DNA from: Bacillaceae bacterium | Lineage (GTDB): Bacteria > Bacillota > Bacilli > JACDOE01 | Reading direction: 5' to 3' | DNA length: 64,000 nucleotides | NCBI GenBank assembly: GCA_017656255.1 | Contig: JACDOE010000010.1 | Location: forward strand, 36,400 to 100,399 | In this document: piece after piece, positions 39,236 to 49,690 of the stretch | How positions within the stretch are numbered: the first letter of the stretch is position 1 | How the letters are laid out: each line of letters starts with the position of its first letter | Notes under the pieces: generated by a model | Seen by the model: only the letters and a program-made list of their open reading frames with translations | The model's database searches: none | What the model was told of the DNA's origin: nothing | Translations under genes and position numbers: made by a program

Positions 39236-39479
39236 CATTATGTATTTGTGACAAAAACATGAAAGTTTTTCCTGTAAAACAATTAATAATATACGACAAT
39301 TTTTTATATTTTTCAACATCTGCAGTGTAAAATTGCAGTTAAAAAGTACTATTTCCTTTGTACCAGTAGGTGATCAGGGAATTCGCAAAAAATTATTTTG
39401 CACGTCGTTAAATAGTCTGTCTGAAACAAAATAAAAATGCCGCCACTCCCGAAGGAGTAACGGCATGATCTGACCGCTG

Positions 39480-41219
39480 TTACATTTTGAATCGGGACAG
39501 GGATTGATTCAATTCTTCCGCCATCTGGGCCAGGTTCTCGGCCATGCTGTTGATCTCCTGCATGGACGCGTTCTGCTGTTCCATCGAGGCAGACAGTTCT
39601 TCCGTTCCCGCGGATGATTCTTCCGTCACGGCAGCGATGTCTTCCACCGCTTTCACACCCTGTTCCACTCTTCCCGTAATCTGTTCCGTTGCCATCGACA
39701 CCTGCTGGATCTTGCCGCCCATCTCCTGGATGATTGCCGCAATCTCTTCGAAGGTCTTGCCGTTGGTTTCGATTACTTCCGAACCTTCTTTGACCTGATC
39801 CACCGCTTCCTGCATCACCGTACCGGCTTCTTCTGCTTCCTTCAGCACCGAATGAACGATATCGGCGATCTCATTGGTAGATTTACCCGCCTGTTCTGCC
39901 AGTTTCCGTACTTCATCAGCCACCACGGCAAACCCTCTTCCCTGTTCACCGGCACGGGCTGCTTCAATCGCTGCATTCAGTGCCAGCAGGTTGGTCTGCT
40001 CGGCTATTTCATTGATCACTTTCAAGATTTCACTGATCTCTTTCGACTTTTCACTCAGCGTAAACACCACATTGGCCGATTGTGACACTTTCTGTTCGAT
40101 GATTTGCATCTGTTCGATGGACTGATGGGCACTTTCCGCTCCCTGCCTGGATGCTTCATCTCCCCGGCGGGAACTTTCTTCCATCTCCGTGGCACTGGCA
40201 TTAATCTGTTTGATCTCTTCGTCGATCTGCTGCATGATCTCCAGCGCACTGCCTGCCTGCTCCGCCTGTGTGGTAGCACCTGCCGCCAGTTCTTCGGTGG
40301 TGGCAGATACCTGTTCGATTCCCTGGGTGATCTGGTTGGACGAAGCCGTCAGTTCCTCACTGGAGCCCGTCACCTTCTCAGAAATGGTGCTGGCATCCTT
40401 GATCAGGGATCTCAGGTTATCCACCATGGCGTTCATGGCCTCGGACAGCTGACCGATCTCATCTTTCGAACGCACCTTCATCTGCGAAATCGCCAGGTTA
40501 CCGTCCGCCAGCTGTTTCATTCTCTCCGTAATCTGTACGATCGGCGTACCCATGCGTCCGGCAAACAGGTAAATGGCCACGATACCTACCACCAGCGCAA
40601 TGCCGAGGGTCAGCATCAATACCTGCAGAATACGGGTTGCTCCGCTGTTATAATCTTTCATATAGGAACCGGCAGCCACTATCCAACCCCAGTGGGGATC
40701 CAGTTCCGTGTATGCAATCTTGGGCGCAAGAGAGTCCGGGTCATCCGGAAGCGGCCAGTCATAATAAGTGAATCCTCCGCCCTCCTCCGCCTTCTTTACC
40801 ATATCACGGGCAAAGTAGTATCCGTCTTCTGTTTTTGTATCCCACAAACTCTCTCCCTCAAGCAGTGGATGTGCAATAAGGACTGCTTTTCGCGACATAA
40901 CAAAATAGTAACCGTTTTCACCAATGTCAATCGTTTTATCGATCGGGCGCTTGCCCTCACTGTTCATTTCTCCCAGAATCTGTACCTTCACCCGCTCCTG
41001 GGCTTCTTCGAGGGTCAGGGTTCCTTTCTGTACTTCCTCATCCAGGGCGGCAATCATCTTTTTTACCAGGCGGACATCATTTTTCAATCCCGTAGCCCCG
41101 GCGTTGTTCAATTCGTCCTTGGCAATCTGAAAGGCCGTCATCCCGATGATCAGGCCGGGGACCGCCAGCAAAGCAAGGCTGATTAAGATAAGCTTGGCTT
41201 TAATGTTGATGAGTTTCAT
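39480..41219 (-). CDS. Methyl-accepting chemotaxis protein 2 (tandem paralog)
   Basis: 579 aa; divergent sensor domain; 3' ~1 kb nearly identical to MCP gene 1. Confidence 0.85.
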   Translation of the reverse strand: MKLINIKAKLILISLALLAVPGLIIGMTAFQIAKDELNNAGATGLKNDVRLVKKMIAALDEEVQKGTLTLEEAQERVKVQILGEMNSEGKRPIDKTIDIGENGYYFVMSRKAVLIAHPLLEGESLWDTKTEDGYYFARDMVKKAEEGGGFTYYDWPLPDDPDSLAPKIAYTELDPHWGWIVAAGSYMKDYNSGATRILQVLMLTLGIALVVGIVAIYLFAGRMGTPIVQITERMKQLADGNLAISQMKVRSKDEIGQLSEAMNAMVDNLRSLIKDASTISEKVTGSSEELTASSNQITQGIEQVSATTEELAAGATTQAEQAGSALEIMQQIDEEIKQINASATEMEESSRRGDEASRQGAESAHQSIEQMQIIEQKVSQSANVVFTLSEKSKEISEILKVINEIAEQTNLLALNAAIEAARAGEQGRGFAVVADEVRKLAEQAGKSTNEIADIVHSVLKEAEEAGTVMQEAVDQVKEGSEVIETNGKTFEEIAAIIQEMGGKIQQVSMATEQITGRVEQGVKAVEDIAAVTEESSAGTEELSASMEQQNASMQEINSMAENLAQMAEELNQSLSRFKM

Positions 41220-41254
41220 ATGTAGCTTCCCATCCTTCTTTTCTTTTTGATGAT

Positions 41255-41410
41255 TATAAAAAGGCTATTTCAACCCGTTGAAATAGCCTTCGTTACCTGC
41301 TGTTGATGACTCTTGATGAGGATTTCTCACGGTAACCCGGCATCTTTCATCTACTTCACAGACACCAGGGCTTTGCGCCCCCATCTTTCGATGAGTTTGC
41401 CTTTTCTAAA
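41255..41410 (-). ncRNA. c-di-GMP-I (GEMM) riboswitch with terminator-like expression platform, leader of MCP gene 2
   Basis: Minus strand AAGGCAAACUCAUCGAAAGAUGGGGGCGCAAAGCC...GCCGGGUUACCGUGAG; followed by perfect hairpin GGCUAUUUCAAC-CG-GUUGAAAUAGCC plus U-run. Confidence 0.75.
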
Positions 41411-41577
41411 TCCTGTTGAAACGACATATCGTAAGATATTCCCGATTCATTTATACTAAAATATACGACAATTTTTGTTATTTTTCAACAATTATTGTGT
41501 CGAGTGGGATAATAAAGGTTTATATCCTATGATAAATTATTATAGCCCCGATCACCACGGTTGGGCCGGCCGGGACT

Positions 41578-42075
41578 TTAATTTTTTACCTCATAGAAAC
41601 GATGCTCAAATGTCAGCTTGTCCCCAACAGTCAAGACACCATATGAATAGCGGGGTTGTCTGCGTTTATCCGTTGGAGAGCCCGGATTAAACAAAATGAT
41701 TCCGTCACGTTCTTCAAGCAGCGGAATATGCGAATGACCGAAAATAATGGCATCCACCTGTTCCCCCTTAAAGGCATCCACCGCCCGCTGTAAGGTAGTC
41801 TTCCCCCGACCGTCCCCGTGAACGAGACCGACTCTGAACCCTTCCAGAGAGAGAATCTTCTTTTTGCCAAACCGCCGGATGATCTCTTCGCCGTCTACAT
41901 TACCTGCTACCCCTTCAACCGGGGCGTAGGTTCTAAGTAACTCATAGATCTCCATGGTCTGCCAGTCTCCGGCATGGATGATGAGATCCGCCTGTTCCAG
42001 CTCCTCCACCAGTTGATGGGGGAATTCCTTAGCGCGACGCGGCATATGGGTATCGGAAACAACACAGACTCTCAT
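41578..42075 (-). CDS. Metallophosphoesterase (YfcE/MJ0936-like phosphodiesterase)
   Basis: 165 aa; DTH, GD and GHSH metallophosphatase motifs. Confidence 0.7.
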   Translation of the reverse strand: MRVCVVSDTHMPRRAKEFPHQLVEELEQADLIIHAGDWQTMEIYELLRTYAPVEGVAGNVDGEEIIRRFGKKKILSLEGFRVGLVHGDGRGKTTLQRAVDAFKGEQVDAIIFGHSHIPLLEERDGIILFNPGSPTDKRRQPRYSYGVLTVGDKLTFEHRFYEVKN

Positions 42076-42704
42076 GCCTGACGACCTCCTGAAGGTAACA
42101 TTTTTAAATAGGTCAACACCTGATCGGGATGATCAATCAGGTTCCATCCCCTGGCCTGCAATTGTTCTTGATGGACACGATTAAATGACTCCGCCTCTTC
42201 GATAATACTTCTTTGCCACGTTTTCAATTGCTGCCGGGTTTCTTCCGCAGCCTGATCTTCAATGGTATGACAGACAAACGAGCGGCAGATACTGGTCTTG
42301 TAACGGGGTGGCAGGCCGCACCCCTTTCCTGAAACAAAAAAAGAACAGATCGAATATGTCATCTTGAAATCCACCGCGCGATAACGGGTGGAAGCATTGG
42401 CCAGCCATTTCCTGTATTTCTCCTGTTCCTCTGAACGGTAAAACCGGTCATCCACCTGTGCTTCAACCAGGATCTCGTAAGGGAAGATACGTCGTTTCGG
42501 ATGATGATAGATATGATTCATAAAAAAATCGTCATCTCCATCCCGCACCATTTTATAGATTTCAAACAGAGTAAACACCGGCTCATACCGGCAGCACCCC
42601 ACATTTTCCATATCGTCAAAAACAGGCGTGAAATCCGGATCACCGCAGTGCATACACAGCGAGGAAAGGATCTGTTTGTTGTCACCGTCCCAGCGGCAGG
42701 ACAT
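42072..42704 (-). CDS. Cysteine-rich hypothetical protein
   Basis: 210-aa ORF, several Cys pairs, stop overlaps the start of the downstream phosphoesterase gene; no recognised family. Confidence 0.35.
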   Translation of the reverse strand: MSCRWDGDNKQILSSLCMHCGDPDFTPVFDDMENVGCCRYEPVFTLFEIYKMVRDGDDDFFMNHIYHHPKRRIFPYEILVEAQVDDRFYRSEEQEKYRKWLANASTRYRAVDFKMTYSICSFFVSGKGCGLPPRYKTSICRSFVCHTIEDQAAEETRQQLKTWQRSIIEEAESFNRVHQEQLQARGWNLIDHPDQVLTYLKMLPSGGRQA

Positions 42705-42896
42705 ACCACATTCTCCTTTGTTTCTGAGCTAATATTATGTTCATTATCTTAACACATCCCCCGGTATCACGGGAAACGAAATACTTTCCCCCGGCAGATC
42801 ACCCCTGTTGACGCAAGGATAAAATATTTGAAAATTCGTGAAATAACATCTACAATGAAAGAAGTTAGGAAAAGTCAGTGTTCAGGAGGAAAATCA

Positions 42897-44843
42897 ATGA
42901 CATGTAATCATCTGTTTCAACCGATTCAAATTGGGGGAACAACTCTGCCCAACCGGGTGATGATGGGTTCGATGCATGTTGGACTTGAAGGTATTGATGA
43001 AGACGGTGAAGCCCTGATCGCATTTTACAGGGAAAGAGCTGGCACGGACGGCCCGTCCCTGATCGTCACCGGGGGTATCGCCGTGTCTCCGGAGGGCGAA
43101 GGAGGCGGCCATTTTCATGGATTTTACCGGGAAAAAGACTGCCGATTTATGCAGCGGATGAACGATGAAATCCACAGGGCCGGCGGACGCATGGCCGCTC
43201 AATTGTTTCATGCCGGCCGCTATGCCCATGCTTTTGCAGGAAAAGGGACCGTTGCCCCGTCAGCCATCCAGTCACCGATTACCCGCTTTCCACCCCGTGC
43301 CCTTACGTCCGGAGAAATTGAAGCCCTGATCGAAAAATACGCCGCCAGTGCAGCAAAAGCAAAGGAAGTCGGATTTGATGCGATTGAAATTATGGGCTCA
43401 GAAGGATATCTGATCAATCAATTTCTGTCTCCGGTCACCAACCAGCGGGACGATGAATGGGGCGGCGATTTTGAGCGAAGAACCCGCTTTCCCCTGGCGA
43501 TCATCAAAGCGATCCGCCGCGAGGTGGGCAAAGATTGTCCCGTCATTTTCAGGCTTTCCGGTGCTGATCTGGTCCCGGACAGCACGACGGAAGACGAAAC
43601 GCTCCGGTTTGCCCGAATGGTACAGGAAGCCGGTGTGGACCTGATCAATGTCGGCATCGGCTGGCATGAGTCCCGGGTTCCGACCATTTCCATGATGGTG
43701 CCCCGTGCCGGATTTGCTCCTATCGCCCGGAAAATCAAAGAAGCCGTTGAGATTCCAGTGGTGGGCAGCAATCGTATCAACGACCCGCTGCTGGCAGACA
43801 GACTGATTGAACAGGGTGATTGTGACATGGTTTCCATGGCCCGCCCCTTCCTGGCTGATCCAGATCTACTGCGGAAGGCACGCAGGGAGGAATATGACCG
43901 AATCAACACCTGCATCGCCTGTAACCAGGCTTGTCTCGATCATATCTTCGAAGGAAAACCGGCTTCATGCCTGGTCAATCCGCGGGCGGGACGGGAGTGG
44001 AAGTGGCCTCTATCTGCAACGGATAACCGGAAGACTGTCGTGGTGATCGGCGGAGGCGCCGCCGGTATGGAAGCCGCTCGTTCCCAGGCCGAAATCGGCA
44101 ACCGGGTGATCCTTTATGAAAAAAGTGACCGGCTCGGTGGACAGCTCAATCTGGCCACCCGAATTCCAGGGAAAGAAGAATTTAACGAAACACTCCGTTT
44201 CTACAGGCATGAGCTGGATCGATTAGAGGTGGACATCCGGTTCAACCACACCCCTTCCGCTGCAGAAATTATGGAAGACAAACCGGATCTGGTGGTCATC
44301 TCGACCGGTGTCCGTCCCCGCGTTCCATCTATTCCGGGTGTTGATCTTCCTCATGTGATGTCGTATCCCGAAGCTCTTCGGGAGCCTGAGCGGATCGGCA
44401 AACAGGTAGCGATTATCGGAGCCGGCGGCATCGGATGTGATCTCGCTCATTTTTTGACGGAACAGGGAGATCATCAGGTGGTGCTGATGAGAAGGAAAGG
44501 AAAAATGGGTGAAAATCTGGGGAAAACAACCCGCTGGGCGTTAATATCCCACCTGTATCAGCAGGGAGTTCGTTTTTTAAATAACCTGCGGTATGAAAAG
44601 ATTGAAAAAGACGGCGTTCTCATTACCCTTTTTGGAGAAGAAGGTGCCGAACAGAAAAAGATCCCGGCCGATACCGTCATTCTGGCGGCCGGACAGGAAT
44701 CAGTTCTATTCGATCAAGAACGTCTGAAACAGGCAGGGATCCCTGTCGTCACGGTGGGTGGTGCCCGGGAAGCGGGCGAACTGGATGCCAAACGGGCCAT
44801 TTATGACGGCGCCCGACTTGCCTATTCCACGACGACCGTTTAA
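42897..44843 (+). CDS. NADH:flavin oxidoreductase / 2,4-dienoyl-CoA reductase-like (OYE TIM barrel plus FAD/NAD(P)-binding domain)
   Basis: N-terminal old-yellow-enzyme-like region and C-terminal GGGAAG dinucleotide-binding motif; start set at the ATG behind an AGGAGG RBS (track ORF starts at 42828). Confidence 0.7.
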   Translation: MTCNHLFQPIQIGGTTLPNRVMMGSMHVGLEGIDEDGEALIAFYRERAGTDGPSLIVTGGIAVSPEGEGGGHFHGFYREKDCRFMQRMNDEIHRAGGRMAAQLFHAGRYAHAFAGKGTVAPSAIQSPITRFPPRALTSGEIEALIEKYAASAAKAKEVGFDAIEIMGSEGYLINQFLSPVTNQRDDEWGGDFERRTRFPLAIIKAIRREVGKDCPVIFRLSGADLVPDSTTEDETLRFARMVQEAGVDLINVGIGWHESRVPTISMMVPRAGFAPIARKIKEAVEIPVVGSNRINDPLLADRLIEQGDCDMVSMARPFLADPDLLRKARREEYDRINTCIACNQACLDHIFEGKPASCLVNPRAGREWKWPLSATDNRKTVVVIGGGAAGMEAARSQAEIGNRVILYEKSDRLGGQLNLATRIPGKEEFNETLRFYRHELDRLEVDIRFNHTPSAAEIMEDKPDLVVISTGVRPRVPSIPGVDLPHVMSYPEALREPERIGKQVAIIGAGGIGCDLAHFLTEQGDHQVVLMRRKGKMGENLGKTTRWALISHLYQQGVRFLNNLRYEKIEKDGVLITLFGEEGAEQKKIPADTVILAAGQESVLFDQERLKQAGIPVVTVGGAREAGELDAKRAIYDGARLAYSTTTV

Positions 44844-44910
44844 CGAATCTTTCATAATATCGATTCAAAAGAAATGATCCCGTCCGGAAATGGGGACGGG
44901 ATCATTTTTA

Positions 44911-45699
44911 CTATTTCTGAAGGGGGCGCAGGACCGGTTGTTCCTTATCGGCATTACTCACAAATTTGTAGATTGAGATTTCAACACGGCGATTCAGCGC
45001 TCTTCCCTCTTTCGTTTCATTGGTTGCAATCGGACGGAATTCCCCGTAGCCTTCTGCATGAAACCGGCCGGGATTTAACTGATCATTTTGCAACAGGATT
45101 TTCATAAAATTGAGTGCCCGTTCGGTGCTGAGATCCCAGTTGGATTCAAACTGAGCAGTACGAATGGGACGATTGTCCGTATGACCGGCCACCACCACTT
45201 CATAGCCCGGATATTCAACCAGCATTTCCGAAAGGGCGACGCCGAGTTGTCTGGCTCCGGGATTGACCTCGGCACTTCCCGAGTCAAACAGGGCATGGTC
45301 GCGAATGGTGATCATCAGCAGGTTTTTGTTCAGGCTCGTTTCAATTTCCGATTCCAGATGATTCTCTTGAATGTAGCGATCAACCCTTTTTTTCAATTCT
45401 TCCAGATTTTTTAATTCCGCCCCGATGTTTTTATCCGTATCGGAACCCCGGTGTTCCGTCGACTCCGTCGGTTGATCCACTTCAAGCGGAAAGGCACTGG
45501 TATACTCCAAAATGCCTGAACCACTATGGAAGGCAGAATTCATGGCCAGTATCAACCGGTCATATTTCTTCTGATCAATGTTACTGACAGCAAAGAGAAC
45601 AATGAACAGAGCCAGCAGCAGGGTCAGCAGATCGGCATATGGAATAAGCCAGGTTTCATCAATATGCTCTTCCTCATGCTGTTTGCGCTTCTTCGGCAT
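44911..45699 (-). CDS. motB: Flagellar motor stator protein MotB (OmpA-like C-terminus)
   Basis: N-terminal TM with WLIPYADLLTLLLALF and C-terminal OmpA-like peptidoglycan-binding domain; overlaps the motA stop. Confidence 0.8.
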   Translation of the reverse strand: MPKKRKQHEEEHIDETWLIPYADLLTLLLALFIVLFAVSNIDQKKYDRLILAMNSAFHSGSGILEYTSAFPLEVDQPTESTEHRGSDTDKNIGAELKNLEELKKRVDRYIQENHLESEIETSLNKNLLMITIRDHALFDSGSAEVNPGARQLGVALSEMLVEYPGYEVVVAGHTDNRPIRTAQFESNWDLSTERALNFMKILLQNDQLNPGRFHAEGYGEFRPIATNETKEGRALNRRVEISIYKFVSNADKEQPVLRPLQK

Positions 45700-46498
45700 T
45701 TGCCGGATCCTCCTGTTGAGTGCCTGTATCCTCCTGCACCTGTTTCAATTCGGAGCTAGAAACAAATACAGACAATTTTTGTTCAATATTCGTTGGCGAC
45801 ATCCCCAGTTGGATGGACAACAATCCTTCCACCATCAACAGTTTGGTTTCAACTTCCTGTCTGGACAAACGTTTAAGTTTGTTGGCAATGGGATGCCACA
45901 GGACATATCCGGTAAAAATACCGAGGAGCGTTGCGACAAACGCGGCAGCAATCGAATGCCCGAGGACTTCAATGTCATCCAGATTTCCCAGGGCAGCAAT
46001 CAGGCCGACAACAGCCCCAAGTACCCCCAGTGTCGGTGCATATGTACCAGCCTGTGTAAAAATCAGGGCTCCAGCTTTATGTCTCTCTTCGATGGCTTCG
46101 ATCTTTTCCAGCAACACATCGCGGACAAAGTCGTTTTCACTTCCGTCAATAATCATCATCAGCCCGTCTTTTAAAAAGGGATCGTCCAGATCTTCCACTT
46201 TGTTTTCCAGGGATAAAAGGCCTTCGCGTCTGGCATGTCCGGCCAGGTCGACAAATAATTTGATCAATTCCGGTTTGGAGGGAATATCCGGTTTCTTAAA
46301 CACAATTTTGATCAATTTGGGGAATTTTTTTAATTCTTCCAGCGGAAAACCGATAAACAGAGAAGCAGCTGTTCCGACGATAATAATTAAAAATGCAGCC
46401 GGGTTAATCAGTGCGGCGAGGGAGGCGCCTTTTAACACCATTCCCAGTCCCACTGCAATAAGTCCCAGTGTAATCCCGATCCATGTTGATCTTTCCAT
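45674..46498 (-). CDS. motA: Flagellar motor stator protein MotA
   Basis: Close match to B. subtilis MotA across the length (from memory), e.g. IFTQAGTYAPTLGVLGAV and AAAFVATLLGIFTGYVLWHP; start set at MERSTWIG. Confidence 0.85.
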   Translation of the reverse strand: MERSTWIGITLGLIAVGLGMVLKGASLAALINPAAFLIIIVGTAASLFIGFPLEELKKFPKLIKIVFKKPDIPSKPELIKLFVDLAGHARREGLLSLENKVEDLDDPFLKDGLMMIIDGSENDFVRDVLLEKIEAIEERHKAGALIFTQAGTYAPTLGVLGAVVGLIAALGNLDDIEVLGHSIAAAFVATLLGIFTGYVLWHPIANKLKRLSRQEVETKLLMVEGLLSIQLGMSPTNIEQKLSVFVSSSELKQVQEDTGTQQEDPANAEEAQTA

Positions 46499-46877
46499 GA
46501 TTGCCACTCCCTTTCGGTCCATGGTCCTTGTTGCGTTCTACATGTTTCGATTTATTTTTTAAGATTATATCATTAATTGGTCAAAACTACCAAGTTTTTT
46601 TACATATCATGACACTGCATTTAATTTTATGTAATAAATTGTCGTATAGATAAATGTTATCCATTTATAGAAAAAGGTCACCGGGGTTCAATGGTTGTCG
46701 TGGAAGGCAGAGTTCGACCGAAGGAGTGTCTCCGAATTAAAAGGGGGACCCGTCCTGGAGAATTTCTCTGTTATACGCCGATTTAGACTCGAATATGAGG
46801 CGACGGGTTGAGAGCTGATCTTCCGTTTTCCGGAACACCTGACGACTGTTTCTGTCACATCTTCACCCATCCCCTGT

Positions 46878-46919
46878 AAAAAAAAGCTGTTTCACACAGG
46901 AATGTGAAACAGCTTTTCA
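46878..46919. terminator. Bidirectional intrinsic terminator
   Basis: Perfect hairpin AGCUGUUUCACA-N6-UGUGAAACAGCU flanked by an A-run and a U-run. Confidence 0.6.
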
Positions 46920-46984
46920 CATGGATTCGACAGGGTCTATCTTACGGGGTTTCGGACCACTCATCAGACAGGAACGGCCGCCAT

Positions 46985-47116
46985 TTACTCCTGATGTGTA
47001 TTCATACACCGGCAGCATTCATACATCACACCATCACGCTGATCCAACAGTTCGACTCCGCACTCGACACAGGTTCCTTTCGTCCTCCGGTTCTGCTCAC
47101 GATTGTTTTTCATCAT
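46985..47116 (-). CDS. Small cysteine-rich protein (43 aa) not in the ORF track
   Basis: Translates to MMKNNREQNRRTKGTCVECGVELLDQRDGVMYECCRCMNTHQE with a GGAGG RBS upstream; four Cys arranged like a small zinc ribbon. Confidence 0.35.
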   Translation of the reverse strand: MMKNNREQNRRTKGTCVECGVELLDQRDGVMYECCRCMNTHQE

Positions 47117-47312
47117 GTTTTTCCTCCTTAATCGTTTTTTAATCCGTTTATCTTTGTTAATGGTATTGTACTATAACAGTTTTTATAAGTCAACAACTGT
47201 TTTAAAACAATTCACCCATTTTATGATTACCACTATTTGGTTGATGAATCGAGGCCCTATCAATTTTAAAATGGAATCGGTAGGATATGAATAAATACTG
47301 GGAGGGAAACAA

Positions 47313-48353
47313 ATGCGCGTCTGGCATAAAATCAAATGGAAAAAATGGATGTTGACCGGTTTCACCGCCACGATGATAGCAGGAACGGGGCTTCTAACCG
47401 GTGAGGCCAGTGTCCATGCAGCAGCCGACACCGCCATACACACGGTACAACCGGGAGACAGCCTGTATAAAATTGCACAGAAGTACAACATTACCGTTGA
47501 ACAAATCATGACATGGAATCAATTGCAAACTACCTGGATCTATCCTCAGGATCAACTAATTGTATCACCTGTTCGTACATATCAGGTCAAAGCGGGAGAT
47601 TTCCTCTGGAAAATCGCTAAGGAACAGGGAACAACGGTAGAAACCATTCAAAACCTCAATCATTTGACCTCCAGTTTGATCTATCCGGGGCAAACGCTTC
47701 GTATCCCGGAATCATCAGCAAAATCCAGTGTCTCCGATTCCCCGCAACCGGAACAATCACGGGTCGAATACAAAACCCATACCGTCCAACAGGGGGAAAC
47801 CGGCTGGACCATTGCACTGAAATACGGAATCCCGTTCCAGGAATTTCTCGACCTGAACAATCTGAAGGAATCTTCCATTTTGATGCCGGGAGATCAGGTA
47901 ACGGTCGCCATCCATCACATTGCCGTCAAACCGACACTGGGCCCCCGTTTCGGAGAATATCTGGACTGGTGGAGTGAAGCTCAGTATGTATGGCCGATCG
48001 GAACTGTGGCAAAGGTGACAGATTTTGAGACAGGAGCAAGCTGGAAAATGAAACGAACCATCGGCGCTTTTCATGCGGATGTTGAGCCGCTTACAGCACA
48101 GGATACAGCGACCATGAAGAAAGTGTGGGGGGGAACATGGAGTTGGGAGAGACGCCCTGTACTGGTAGAAGTAAACGGACACCGCATTGCGGCGTCAGCC
48201 AGTGCCATGCCGCACAGCGTCCAGTACATTCAGGATAACCAGTTCCCGGGGCATACGGATATTCATTTTGCCGGAAGCCGGCGTCATAAAGATAACCGGA
48301 TCGACCCCGAACATCAGAAAAATGTGCGGATTGCCGCCGGTCAGGATCAATAA
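47313..48353 (+). CDS. LysM-domain cell-wall-binding protein
   Basis: Signal peptide followed by three LysM repeats (e.g. HTVQPGDSLYKIAQKYNITVEQI); C-terminal domain unassigned. Confidence 0.7.
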   Translation: MRVWHKIKWKKWMLTGFTATMIAGTGLLTGEASVHAAADTAIHTVQPGDSLYKIAQKYNITVEQIMTWNQLQTTWIYPQDQLIVSPVRTYQVKAGDFLWKIAKEQGTTVETIQNLNHLTSSLIYPGQTLRIPESSAKSSVSDSPQPEQSRVEYKTHTVQQGETGWTIALKYGIPFQEFLDLNNLKESSILMPGDQVTVAIHHIAVKPTLGPRFGEYLDWWSEAQYVWPIGTVAKVTDFETGASWKMKRTIGAFHADVEPLTAQDTATMKKVWGGTWSWERRPVLVEVNGHRIAASASAMPHSVQYIQDNQFPGHTDIHFAGSRRHKDNRIDPEHQKNVRIAAGQDQ

Positions 48354-48384
48354 TTGAATGTTTAATGGTTCATAATACAAAAAA

Positions 48385-48418
48385 TGTTACAAACATACCG
48401 ACGGGTATGGGTGTAACA
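48385..48418. repeat. Intergenic palindromic repeat, copy 3 (inverted orientation)
   Basis: TGTTACAAACATACCGACGGGTATGGGTGTAACA between the convergent LysM and GGDEF genes. Confidence 0.55.
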
Positions 48419-48423
48419 TTTTT

Positions 48424-49563
48424 TTATAGATTTACTGTTTTGGCATCGCTGTAAATGATTCGGTTGCGACCGGCCTTTTTGGCTGCATACATGGCCTGGT
48501 CCGTCCGGTTGATCATTTGATCCGCACTTTCAGCAGTTCCGGGTACCACCGTGGTAACGCCGATACTGACGGTCACCCGTGAAGACGTATCTGAATGCGG
48601 GTGTTTAATGTCCAGAGACTCAATGTCACGACGGATATTTTCCGCTATGTGGAGCGCATTGTCCTTGTCTGTATCAGGGAGGATCATCATAAATTCTTCT
48701 CCACCGTAGCGCGCCGCCAGGTCTCCCGGTCGCGTCGCCGCATCAACCAGTACCCGTGCCACCTCTTTCAAACAGGCATCCCCGGCCTGGTGACCGTAAA
48801 CATCATTGTAGTTCTTAAACCGATCGATATCGAGCATCAGTAAAGAGAGTGGATTTTTCTCACGAATCGCCCTGTTCCATTGCTTTCTCAGGGTCTTTTC
48901 AAACTGTCTCCGGTTTGGGATACCGGTGAGGCCGTCCACCATGGAAAGACGCCGCAGCGAATCTTCTCTTTTTTTACTCTCTGTGATATCGCGGGACACT
49001 CCCAAAAGGTGCGTACAGTTCCCTGTTTCATCAAGCATGGGAATCAGGGATGTTTCTACAATCAGCGTTCCCACCGGAAGCTGAACGTCCTCTTCATATT
49101 TTAAGGTATCCCGTTGTTGAACCGCTTCTTTATATTTACCGATGACAAAATCGGCTTCACGTGGTGGAAGGATGTGTTCAATACGATTTCCCACGACGTC
49201 CTCCCTTTTCATTCCCGTTGCCTGCAGATAAGCGTCGTTCACCTCGACACATCGAAAGACTTGTCCCGGTTCCACCCTCATTAAAAACATCAAATCGGAT
49301 ACCCCGTTAAAAATGAGGGAAAGCCTTCTTTTTTCATGCATTTCCCGGGCAAGAAAACGAACACCAAACAGATAGACAAAAGGTAAGCTGATCAGTGATA
49401 AAAGCACAGCATCAACCAAGTGCTCCCAGCGATTCGGAAGGGTTAGCCTTTCCAGAAATATCATGATGAAATATTCAATGATTCCGATGATGACCAGATT
49501 CAGCAGAAACAGATAAACCAGGGTTCCGGTCTTTTTATTAGGCAACATCCTCACGCCTTTCAC
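48424..49563 (-). CDS. Membrane-anchored PAS-GGDEF diguanylate cyclase
   Basis: Active-site-type RYGGEEF motif and upstream DxLTG-like region; N-terminal TM segments. Confidence 0.8.
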   Translation of the reverse strand: MKGVRMLPNKKTGTLVYLFLLNLVIIGIIEYFIMIFLERLTLPNRWEHLVDAVLLSLISLPFVYLFGVRFLAREMHEKRRLSLIFNGVSDLMFLMRVEPGQVFRCVEVNDAYLQATGMKREDVVGNRIEHILPPREADFVIGKYKEAVQQRDTLKYEEDVQLPVGTLIVETSLIPMLDETGNCTHLLGVSRDITESKKREDSLRRLSMVDGLTGIPNRRQFEKTLRKQWNRAIREKNPLSLLMLDIDRFKNYNDVYGHQAGDACLKEVARVLVDAATRPGDLAARYGGEEFMMILPDTDKDNALHIAENIRRDIESLDIKHPHSDTSSRVTVSIGVTTVVPGTAESADQMINRTDQAMYAAKKAGRNRIIYSDAKTVNL

Positions 49564-49690
49564 TGTAAACGATAGCTTATCTTAAGTATACACGGGTTCA
49601 GACTGGAAAGAAATATAAAAATGGCAAGTTTCGACTTTTTTCTTGAAACTGTTTCCAGCTTAACAGAGGTCGGAGGTTAGAGGCCGGAAG

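Noticed and set aside
37297-40467. CRISPR array or other short tandem repeat
   Set aside because: The only long repeats in the window are coding duplications (MCP 3' halves, sigK segments); no regularly spaced short direct repeats with unique spacers were seen.
37361-41186. Plus-strand ORFs inside the two MCP genes (for example 37921-38988 and 40104-41186)
   Set aside because: Antisense to well-supported MCP genes; low-complexity translations; duplicated because the MCP 3' halves are near-identical.
46688-46870. 60-aa minus-strand ORF in the motA upstream region
   Set aside because: No RBS and an arginine/serine-rich low-complexity translation; the region is more likely untranslated leader or small RNA.
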